Shown here piece by piece: positions 11,311 to 26,214 of a DNA stretch of 64,000 nt; position 1 is the stretch's first letter; each line of letters opens with the position of its first letter. The DNA lies in contig CP075496.1 in assembly GCA_021613535.1 (NCBI GenBank), positions 10,974,001 to 11,038,000 on the forward strand, given 5' to 3'. Under the pieces are notes generated by a model that ran no database searches, was not told the origin of the DNA, and worked only from the letters and a program-made list of their open reading frames with translations. Position numbers and translations under genes: made by a program. Source of the stretch: Adineta vaga. Lineage: Eukaryota > Animalia > Rotifera.

Positions 11311-13691
11311 ATGAATACGTCTCAATCATTAACGAATAATTTTCGTACAAATACACCGTTATTATTTTCATTTCTATTTCTTTTTGCCTATGGAATTATA
11401 TTTCTTATTGGTTTAATTGCTAATATATTTGTCATTATCGTTATTATCAAATGTAGACGAATGCGTACATTAACAAATCGTTTTCTATTAAATCTTGCTA
11501 TATCTGATTTAATAGCAACATTAATTTGTTTACCACCAACGGCTTATCATCACTATGAAAAACGATGGATATTTGGAGAACTTCTTTGCCGATTTGTTCC
11601 ATTTATTCAAGGTATTTTTCTTCTTTAATAGATGGACATGTCTCATAGAAATGATTTATTTTTTACTAGAATGTTAGGCAAGAATGCATGAATAAACTAG
11701 ATAGATGAGTATTGCTTCGAGGCAAAGCAATAGTCGACTGATTTTCTACGTCCTAATACGAATGAATGATGAGAAAAAAAGATAAAGACAAAACTTCAAA
11801 CAAAGCAACATGAAATTGATTGAATTAATTCCGCTTTTAATTTCATATATTATAAAAAAGAATGGATAGAAATAGAATATATATTTCGAAATCATTTTTC
11901 GAATATATAACTAAGACAAAAAAAAACTTAATAGTATAATATTATTGTAAATAAGGAAATTATCATTGATTTTGTATGACAAGAATTCTCTACGGAGATA
12001 TTTTGATTAATCTTAAATGCATTTTTTTGAATATTTAATATCGCACGGTCGATATGAAAAGTTGACATTTTTCTCGAAAAAAAAGAAGAAAATCTCTATT
12101 CGTATATTTTGAATAGGTACATCTGTTGCTGTTTCAATTTTTACATTAATGGCTGGTAAGAATATTATATTTTTTAGAAAAGAAACATTTCGCTATTTAT
12201 CCTTATGATATTTTCTTTCGACAATAATTAGTCAGTATTGATCGTTTTCTTGCAATTCATAAACCAATTCATTCAAAATTATTTTGCACACCGTCTCGTG
12301 TCTTTATTATTATTGGACTCATTTGGTTTGTTTGTATGTTACTGATAAATAAAATTGAGTAATCATTTTTTCAAGGAAATTTTTTTCTTCTTTTTCTAGC
12401 TTTTCTTTTGATGATTCCTTTAATAGTACATCACCGTATAATTGATCCATTTGACATCACATTAACAGCATGTGCCGAAGAATGGCAACAAAATATGAAT
12501 GCTCGATTAGTCTATGATTTTCTTCTTCTTTTCGTGCTATTCATCTTACCATTAACATTGATGGCATATTGTTATGTTCGTATAAGTTTTTCTCTTTGGT
12601 TTATTGATTCACAAGCTCGTACATCATCATCATCAACAACAAATGCTGCACGTTATTCAACAATTTCAGAAGATTTTCCACAAGTCGATATCAATGATAT
12701 TCGAAGACAATCATCACAAAAAAATCGACCCTATTATATTCATTATCACAAGAAATATGAAAATGATCTTCTACGAAAACAAATCAATAAACCAAACGAT
12801 GAATACCATTCGTTAATGAATACTTCAGGATCAAAACTTCCATCACATCGACCACCGCGTAGTACAACAATGGATGATATGAAACCAAAATCATGTTCAA
12901 TTGGAACACCAACAACAATGAATACATCAGGTCCACATACATTCTGTCGCCGATCATCATCACTTATTGGTCGACGTTTTGGAGAAAATGGTTTTACTCA
13001 CCATCATCATCATTTCAATGAAATTCAACAAAATAAACAAGTTCCAACTCGCCATCGGCAATCGACTAGTCCATATACAAGTGGAACACTTCGAACAAGT
13101 CTTACATCTCTTCAAAGTCAAAATCGAATAATTGGAAATCTAAACAATAATACAAATCATCACCGTACAATTGTTGATGTTGAACGTGCTAGTCGATTTT
13201 TACAAAGTCGTCGACGTGTTGTGAAATTATTAATTACTTTAGGTAAGAAAAATTTGTTCTTTTTGTTTCTATCATACTAAATTCTTTCTTAATTAGTTAT
13301 TGTATTCTTCATAACACGACTTCCATCCAATATTGTTTCCATTTATATCGATATTACATCGAATACTTATATTCCAGATAATTCATTTACAAATGGAACG
13401 AAATCGGGAACAGTTGATAATTCATTAATAGATTTTCTATCACATGTTGCTAATACAGATAAGAAAATGACACTTGTTCTATATGTTAATCCAATTTTAC
13501 AATTATTTTCATTATCAAATTCAGCAATTAATCCTTTATGTTATTGTGTTATGAGTCATGCTGTAAAAAATCTCATCACACTTATTCGACAAAAATTACG
13601 ACGACGTGGACAAAAGAAAGCATCAGCGATTCCATTAACTCAACGACCTATTGCACTTAATCAATCATTAAAAATGTTGGCACATGATTGA
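11311..13691 (+). CDS. Class A neuropeptide GPCR (orexin/allatotropin or SIFamide/NPFF receptor-like)
   Basis: Exons 11311-11611, 12117-12155, 12232-12333, 12400-13242 and 13297-13691. Motifs: GLIANIFV, MRTLTNRFLLNLAISDL, WIFGELLC, SIDRF, FILPL, SNSAINPLCY. Confidence 0.9.
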
Positions 13692-14620
13692 GGTATACAT
13701 GAAATGAATTAAATAGATAATTGGTTGACTTTATTTCTTTTCTTTTTCTTTTCTTGAATTGTGAATAATAAAAACAAAGAATACTCGGATTATTCATAAA
13801 TCAGTTTGTTACAATTATCATCAGCGAAAATAGAATATTTTTATTAATTTGAATATTCTTTCAAATATTTATGTATGAAATGATATGCAAATGACGATAC
13901 TTATCGTCAAGATGTATCAGTTAATAAAGAAGTCTATATTCGCGAATAGTATATCTTTTTTTTATTAATATTTGTTCCAAATTTTTCATGAAAATTAAAA
14001 TATCTATTCAATATATGAATATCTGCGAGAAAAAAAGAAATACGTTCATTAATAAATTTTGACAAAATGGATAGATAAAAAGAACTTTTTTTTATAAAGT
14101 TTGTTTTTTCCTTTCTTACAATAGTATATACGTTCTCCTCTGCATCTCAATACAAAAAGAAAAAGAACAAGAAAAGTAAGAAATAGAAAATATTCAACAC
14201 AACACACACCGAGCAACAAGAAGCAGAAAATTTTTGAATAAATTTTAAAAAAAAGAGAGAGAAAAGAAGGATCTGTGCATGGTTAAAGATAAGGGTAACC
14301 GAATATAGTATATGTATATTGATATGCACGTTGATACATTAGAAGTTTCATTATCAATCAAGCACAGAGTCAAAGAACAAAAAAATAAATAACAAGAATG
14401 ATTAACGTACATTAGGATATATATATATATCATTTTTCGTTTTCTATTTCACTGTGTACATAGACATTGAATATCCAAGAAGAATCGGTCGACAAATTAG
14501 TTTCGTTTTGTACAAAGAATTGAATCGTATAAACACGCATAGAAATTGTCAGAAGAAAAGAAATAAGAAGAAAGACTTGCAACTATTGAATGATAACAAA
14601 GAACAGGAGAAAATCATCTT

Positions 14621-17996
<3,376 letters not shown>

Positions 17997-18533
17997 TTGA
18001 AATCTAGAAAAAATGAATGAATTAGATAAAATATCACCAAACAACTGAAGAGATTATTATCATTACTAATAACTTTTAGAAGAAAACCGAATGACAAAGA
18101 ATAAATAGAAAAAAAAAGAAAAAACAAACATCTAAAGGTACGTCAACATTGAAAAGATGAAATAGACAAAAAAAAATAAGAGTAGAGTAGTTTATTATTT
18201 AAAACAAAACTTGCTGCTTCACTAAATGACTACATGACAGACCAATCAGAATAAGATTGATAGATAGTTGTCGCAAGTTGTCATTAAACTCTTGAATAAA
18301 TATTGACTTACTTTTTATGCATTTCAAAGAGAAGAACTCAGGTTCGAGAAGATTGATAAATGAATTATTCACATGTAATAAAAAACTGAATCAATATGAG
18401 AGATAATACAAGTTAGTCGAAATTTTTCATAATGTTATTGGATTGTTTATTTTATAAATAATCATCAGCTGGAATATGAAAAAAAATAATAGAAAAATGA
18501 ATTTACGAATTAAAATATAATCGTAATTGAACG

Positions 18534-20376
18534 TTATTCGAAAGAAATACGGGTGCCATGTGTTTTTGGAATATTACTATTCACGGGAAAACCTGCTTTT
18601 AGATTTGAACGATTCCAAATGTCAACATCATCACTCTCATCTGGATATTCAGAATTTTGAAAATCATTTAATTGACGTCGACCATTTTTTGTATGCATAA
18701 AAACACGAATTTGTTGTCGTTTAGTAATAGCTAAGATTAATAATAACATAAGAAGGAAGAAGCATCCAATGAATACAATAAATTGAGATTTACTCAATAA
18801 ACCATCAGAATCTGATTTATGATGTTTACGACGTCGATGATGTTCAGTTGTACTGGTTCTCAAAGGAGCAGTATGATCTTCTGACTGAGCCGTTGTTGTT
18901 GTTGTTGTTGATTGTTTGTATTCCTCTAATGCTTTAGCTGAATTCTTGTTCGTGAAAATATATGGATATTGTTCTGTTGGACATTTCAATGTTTCACCCA
19001 TATGCCAAGACCATTGTTTAGCACCAACAGGTTCAAGCATATTATTCCAAAGTGAAAGAGCAGCTTGAGAATGACCTTTGCCTAGAAAAGAATTATCAGA
19101 AGATAATAAAAGAAATTTTGTATAATCTTAACGTAGCTTACCACTAAAATGAAAACAATCTGGTGCGAAATAACTAAAATCAATTTTATGATTAGGTTTT
19201 AATGGCAATTTGGTTTTAGCCAAGAATGGTTGAACAACAACTGTAAAATCATCGCGACCATCATAACGACCTGAATTGACAAGATCTATAAGTACTTGTT
19301 GATAACGTGGAATATAATCATCTAAAATTTTAGCTTGCTCTGGTGTTGGAAATGCAGCACATGGACATGTTCGTTTATGAAGTACTTGGCAGATAAATCC
19401 ACCACTATTAAGATCTTTAACACTACGAACATCAAGTGCAAGAACAAGATTAACAAGTGTACGTGGTAATGGAGCTGTATATAATTTATCAAGTGTATCG
19501 CGAACATAACTTAAATATTGTTCTGGTGTGTGCTTAGTAACATTTGGATCTTCACAAAAACTACATAAATCATTACCCTAAAGAAAAATTTTATAATTTA
19601 ATAATAAGAAATTATTATTGAGTTGGACTTACTCCAACGAAAAATGTTATCACTTTCCAGTCATTATCCCAATCGCATAGTTTTTCTTCTTTTAATCGTC
19701 CCATAAGAAGTTCAGCTTGATAAGGCATATGATTTGATCGATCACCCGATTTAGCTAATCGAAAAAACAAATATCAAAAGATTATCGAACGAATTAGAAA
19801 ATACTTACCAACATTAAGTCGATTATTTTTAGCATCTTGACCATTTAAAACCATAATTGATACTTTAGTAGAATAACCTTCGAGCTGTGAATTATATTGT
19901 CGAAGTGCATTAGGAATTGAAAGAACTTTATTATATGTATGATCTCCTCCAACTGACCAAGAAACACCTAAACAAAACATTTCTATTAAATGACATAGTC
20001 TAAGAGAAAACGTCAACAAACCTCGATTTTCGAATAATAAACCGATGGGTGTATGAGCATGCGCACCTAAACCAGCTGTTAAACTATCACCCATAGCACC
20101 AATACATTTTATATTACTTGGTCGAAGAGTGTGCACTGATGTTGGAACAGTTGATGAAATATTTGAAAGAGAGCATGGGAATTTTTTATTACGATCACCG
20201 TAAATATAATCTGGTTGAGAAAATAAATCAAAGGACCATTTGGCATATTCTTCAAGAAATGTTTCATTTAGACTCAATTCTTCAATATACGCTATATAAG
20301 TGCCAGCATCGAGAGCATAATTTCCACCGACAAAGAAAGCGAAAAAAACAAGAGTAGTGATGATAAATTTCATCAT
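18534..20376 (-). CDS. Phospholipase B1-like GDSL/SGNH lipase: one catalytic domain plus a C-terminal TM helix
   Basis: Signal peptide, PTSVHTLRPSNIKCIGAMGDSLTAG, DWKVITFFVG-NDLC, TVVVQPF, FAPDCFHFS, ALSLWNNMLEPVG, and TM segment FIVFIGCFFLLMLLLILAI. Confidence 0.9.
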
Positions 20377-21219
20377 AGTTAACACGTCGATGAATTTTTT
20401 GAATCTGCCTGTTGACTTTGATGAAACAACGAAAATATAACCTTTTTTTCTCGAATAGATGATAAATAGATAAGAAAAACAACGGAGAATGATAAAGATG
20501 ACTTAACAAAAACCTTTTTATTCATGTGATCATTTCTGCAAATGAATAGATTAGAAACATACAGAAAGTATGCTGATAAAATAAGAACTGTGAGATATGA
20601 ATGTACTTTGTGTAACGTTGACAAAACAAATTCCTTTAGAACGGGAAAATTCAAAGTTTATATTTTGTTCTTATGAAAGAATATCTTCTAGTATGAAAAC
20701 TAGCATTTTGACTCATTATCGATCTTCAGATTCTTGAACATGAATCAAAAACAAATTCAATGATATGTTTAGTCATATTGTTCATATAGATTGTATTAGC
20801 ACGTGGGGTTAGTCGGTTTTAGTTAAATTCGATGTGCGTATTACATCAGAATATATTTATGAAAAAATTTTTTAATATGTATTATGACTAATTATAGTGA
20901 TACTTAAAGTACATCTGTATTATTCATCTCATAAATAATTTACATCCAAATCTTTCTGTCCATATTTTTTCTATATATAACCTTTTATAATGATTTCTTT
21001 CACTCTCTTTTTCTTTGATTTCTTCCTTTAAATCAAAGCAAATATATGAGAAAGAACGACGAGAGAAAAAAAAGAACTTTATTATATTTCAGGACGAGAG
21101 CGATTGTTAAGCAAAGAGTATATAAAGAAAATATTTGTCGATAGAAGGCTATACTCTATATAAGTATACATAATCACATTGCACACGCAAAAAAAACACA
21201 TCAAAACATAAATCACGAC

Positions 21220-21534
21220 ATGTCATCTGCACAGGATGTAGCTCAAGCTTTGCCATCAAGTTTCGATATGAATGGTTTATCAGGTGCATTCAGTAATCCA
21301 GCACAAGCTTTTCAACTGTTAGATAAAAATAATGATGGACGTGTTACAAAAGAAGATTTACAAGCCCTATTAGAACAATTCGGTATTAATGGTATGGCAG
21401 CGAAAGTTTTATCGAAATATATTTTCAAACAATTAGATGCTAATGGCAATGGAACAATCGAACCAAGTGATCTGGTACATGCAAATGGTATTCTTACAAA
21501 TTTAATGAAAATGAAACAGAGTGGTGGTGCTTAA
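21220..21534 (+). CDS. Small intronless two-EF-hand protein (104 aa)
   Basis: EF loops DKNNDGRVTKED and DANGNGTIEPSD. TATA-like tatataaa at about 21119. Confidence 0.85.
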   Translation: MSSAQDVAQALPSSFDMNGLSGAFSNPAQAFQLLDKNNDGRVTKEDLQALLEQFGINGMAAKVLSKYIFKQLDANGNGTIEPSDLVHANGILTNLMKMKQSGGA

Positions 21535-21924
21535 TAAAAACGAAGAAAATAAACTAACTCTATATATGTTTATGTAGTGGTAAAATCATTTCATGTGAAT
21601 TCTTTTCTTTTCTTACTTCTATAGCTACGTAAAAACTGAAAAAGTATGAAAATAAGCAAATACATAAAGATGATTCATACTTATTTTTCTTATTGCTTTC
21701 ATACAGCGCCAAGTTTAGATGATGATAGATATTCAATATGTTTTTCTTTTATTGACAAATTGTTTATGAATGAATCAGTTCTGCTTACTATCATGTATGT
21801 GATTGTAAAATATTCTGTGAGAAGAAATCTTTCACATATTTATGTATATAATTACTTCTACTTAATACTAATCGTGTCTTTTACCTTCGTTTGTGAAGGT
21901 AACATATGATAAAGTGTTATTCAT

Positions 21925-22431
21925 TCATTTTTTTTCTTCATTAATTCTCTGACGACGTGCTTCAGGATGATTTAACAGCTTATCGTTTGATTTGGTATTC
22001 GTTTCTTTTTCATCTATTTTATCAGAAGGTTTCCGATGATTAGCATATAATTTAGGATATCGTGAAAAACAATTCTGCATTTGCATGAATTCTGCCATAC
22101 ATTCAGAGCCTAAAAGGATATGTAATTGAAGAAAATCTTCTCATATTTTTTTACCTTTTGCTTCTTTGTTACTATTTTGATAGCAAGTAAATGCAGCACG
22201 AAATTGACTAGAACAAGGTCCAATTGCTTGCGTACCTAGACATGGACAATCCCAAAGAATTGTACCATCCGATTTTACAGCGCCTTCATTTAAATTTTCA
22301 TTGTAAACATCAATCCATAACTGTTTTATACGAGTATCATTTTCATTCGGTGTAATACTTTCTCGATCAGCAAAAATAATTCGATGCCGCGCATGATTAA
22401 TGATTGTATTTGCAGTTTCACTTGTGGACAT
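21925..22431 (-). CDS. CHCHD4: Mitochondrial IMS oxidoreductase Mia40/CHCHD4
   Basis: DGTILWDCPCLG followed by twin CX9C (CSSQFRAAFTC; CMAEFMQMQNC) across a 45-nt intron at 22110-22154, then RYPKLY. The N-terminal RIIF segment resembles the CHCHD4 AIF-binding region. Confidence 0.92.
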
Positions 22432-22486
22432 TCAATCTAGTTAATGATAGAACGCGCCGTTTTCTCGTCGTATGATATTATAAATT

Positions 22487-22879
22487 ATGAAAAATCAAGA
22501 AGATCAATCGCTATTCAATAATAATAATCAAGTACCAGAGAGTGCATCGAATAAAGATGAATTATTTCCAGTAATTAAAGGAAAAATTGAATATGACTAT
22601 GAAACAATAGTACGTCAAATTAATGAACACTCTTACATCGTTTCATTTGATAAATTGCAACAAGATATAGACTATCATTCTGGAAAATCAACTTTAACAG
22701 ATATTTATAATGATTTTATTAGTAATAAAGAAAATCTTATGAATAATGACGGTGTTATACACATGAAAGAATATACTCTCGATAGTTATCAATGTCGATG
22801 TCATGAACATAATGAACTATTAGATGATAAAAAGATTGATCTTACTAAACAAATGTTTAACTATAAATTGGAATTTTAA
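22487..22879 (+). CDS. Uncharacterised 130-aa protein
   Basis: Uninterrupted ORF with protein-like composition; no motif recognised. Confidence 0.5.
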   Translation: MKNQEDQSLFNNNNQVPESASNKDELFPVIKGKIEYDYETIVRQINEHSYIVSFDKLQQDIDYHSGKSTLTDIYNDFISNKENLMNNDGVIHMKEYTLDSYQCRCHEHNELLDDKKIDLTKQMFNYKLEF

Positions 22880-25800
22880 TATAGAAAAACTAACATCAAA
22901 TAGTTTTAGTTTGTCTCGATTACCACTCCAAGGACAATAACAAAGTGTTTCATAATTAAATAAAACTCAGAACATAATATTACAACTTTGATATTGGTTA
23001 TGTAAAACGTTGACTTATAAATTATTTGATATAGAAGAAAAAGGATCAGCAATAATTGATGGATATGATTGACTTTGTGTATGTTGTAAGGATAAACTCA
23101 ATAAATAACTTCTGATATACTGAAAATCAGATTACTCTTCTAAAGAATAATTCTAATTATTTTTCATTCCATTTCCATTTCTAAGACAACGTATCATAAT
23201 GAATGAATTCAATGATGAATAAATAAGTTTGCAAAGTAAATTCCTTTGGAACTTCATACCATAATGTTTGTCGGCTATTTTTGAAAAGCCAATCTTTTAC
23301 TAATAAATTTCTCTAAAGTGCAAAATTTAAATATATATTTAATTGTTTCATTTTGTGTCTAATTTTTTGAATCATATGGAATAAGTTTCGACTAAATATA
23401 AAGAAAATCTTTAGTAAGAAAAAGAATTTGATTTTGTAAAGTATTAAACAACTACAACAAATAATTGTCGATAAAAATATCTTTTTACTGTCGTTATCGT
23501 GTACATGCTAATAAACAAAAAAACAAATGAACTAATTCTACATCTAAGGCATATTTCATAATGATATCCTTTTCAATTTTCGTCACTCTCCAAAAGATCA
23601 GAGTTGACATTAATTACAATAATTATGGAAACGAACGAACGATTTCCAAAACTAGAACTTTTGTTCAATGATGAAGATGAATAAAATCAAACTTATGCTG
23701 ATAAAGTGACTGTACATATCGTCTCATTCAGTAAAAAGTAAAACAGAATGAACATTTAGAATTCAATCGTTTATTTAGAAGTATACAGATTAACGTTCTT
23801 TTTTGACATAAAGTCAGTTTCATTTTGAATTTGATAAAATATATTACAATTTAAATCTATGAATTGATTTTCTATTCTGAAGTATGTAAATACAAAGACG
23901 TAGTTATAACAATAGTCGGCTATTTCAAAATGGACTAGTCAAAAAATACATCGAAGATACATTCATATTCATTGCCTGAAAGTACCAATCGGAACTGACA
24001 GAAACCTGGAAAAACTGGCAGTCGAATATGATCACCGGATTTCTGCTTTAGTAATCATCGTTCTGGATTTCATCATAAACAACTGTTTCTTTCCAAAATA
24101 AACATCGTTTCTTCACTAAACATATAAAAATATTCAACTACATGACAAATTTCAGAAATAGCAACTCCGAAATGTTGCATGTAAGAAGATATGCTGTTAA
24201 TAAATTAAACCTATTTTTATCTCTTTAGTTATTAAACAATTTAATTCAAACAAGTCCCGACGTTACAACTGCTCAGGAACATAGTTACAAACGGGTATAT
24301 ATTGATAGAAATGTATTCGTAATTCAATGAAAGAATCATTAGGAAGTAAAAGTAAGGAATCTTCTGGAATATGTCCGTGTATGAGTTGTTGTTTTTTCAT
24401 CTAGTTTTAAGCAACACCAATCTACTGAATCTTTTCTTCAATATCGACGTACCAGGTGTTCATGGCATGATTAATAGTGAGTTTGAAAGTCTGAAATAGA
24501 TATTTTTTTAATTTTTGATTTATTCTTTCTAGAAAAGCCGAAAAGCCCCAAAAATGGCCACAAATGAGACATTTATCTGAATTTTATTTTGTTAATTGTT
24601 TATTTGATTGAAAATACATAGAATTATCAATCATTTGTACACTGTAATTTAGTTTTTTCTATATTAATAAACAGATGGCCAATTAAAACTTGAACTAAAT
24701 CGTTTTTTCAAATATTTTCACTCTACTTTGATTGCCATCAGAACATATTAATTGAAGTGATTCCAATCTTGGATTTCCATCATATATTATTTGGATCAAA
24801 TATCAAAGTGTCAAGTTGTTCTGGTATCTGAGAATGATCAGGAAGTAAAATTTATGGAATATGAATACGTCGACATAATGGCATAACCAGGATTCATTCA
24901 GTGAATGAACAGCGTCCGAAAGATGATTTATACAATTTTAAAATCGCGTTTCATCCACAAAATGTATAGAAGATTCACCTGGGCGCTTTGAGACGATGTT
25001 GCCTGTAACGTCGGATACAGAAACACATCATACACATTTTTCGAACAGATCTTGATAAGAACATTTTAGAAAACTGTCATTTCTATGATTAGAATGAAAA
25101 GATTTAAGTGTATTGAATTACTTAATACATATACCTAAAAGTTCGAGTTTTAGACTTTTTCAATTATTTTCATATGGTAATGCGGAAAACGTTATACCTT
25201 CTATTGAAAAGTAAAGAAAAACTGATGAAACTTGTTTTGTTTTAAAAAATTTTCTGATAGAATTGACTGAAACTGTCAGCTCAGATCCTACGTTTTGATT
25301 TTTTTCTAAAAGGGGAAAACCGACAAAAAGACAGAGGGTGCAAAAATCTTTCGAAAAAACATCGCTGTGTGACTTTCGGACACATAAAATAGAAACTGTT
25401 TAAACCAAGGAGTATTCGGAACATATTGCTTACAGTAAATATCTATATTGAATTCTCTGCTGATAACAAGTCTGGAGGTTACGAAACTTCCTCTCAAAAC
25501 TCTACCCAGAAAGACAGAAAGAGTCGAATTGTCAAATATATTAGACGATCTATCATGTTATAATCTCTGTAGAGTTTCTGAAAACTTTTTTCTGTGTTTT
25601 CATAGTGAAAATTTTAGAAATTAGAAGATTTTAGAGTAAAAATTTATTAACTTCTTATCTGATGGATTTAACATCTCAAAGTTTCCATAAGTCTTTTGAA
25701 AAATTTTGATATCTAAAAGTTTTGAAAAGCGTGAAGCAATGTAAAATTTTCTCTGAGAGGCTTTATTCCTTTTATCTCATACACATATCGACGTCATCTG

Positions 25801-26214
25801 AAAGACAGGATGATATTGTACTGCAATTTCTCAATTTTTATCGCCTTTTAAAATTTTTTATTTAAAATTCTTAGTGATTGAACATAGCCCAAATTGGCCT
25901 ATCCTTGGTAACGCCATTAGTTTCTTTCATGTGATCACGAGGAGAATGATTCCATTATATAACATCTCTTTCGAAGAATTTGTAAAACTGATTCTATCGT
26001 AAAGTGTAAATGAATTAGTAGTTATGTTATTCAATTCTTTTACTTTATCATCGATGAATATCTCAGACATAGAGAAAGCATCGCTTCATATTTCACAAGT
26101 TTGTTACTGTCAATCAAGATTTTTTCTTTTCATCTCTACGAAAGTGATGCATGATTTCATTTCAAACAAGAATGAAACGATGTTAGTTTCATATCATCGA
26201 CAAAAAACAAACAC

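Noticed and set aside
23980-24070. GC-richer patch reminiscent of a dispersed rotifer repeat or MITE relic
   Set aside because: Single copy in this window with no terminal structure; cannot be supported without a repeat library.
24940-25030. Minus-strand FVDETRF resembling an IS630/Tc1 DDE motif
   Set aside because: Immediately followed by a stop; no further catalytic motifs, TIRs or TSDs could be identified.
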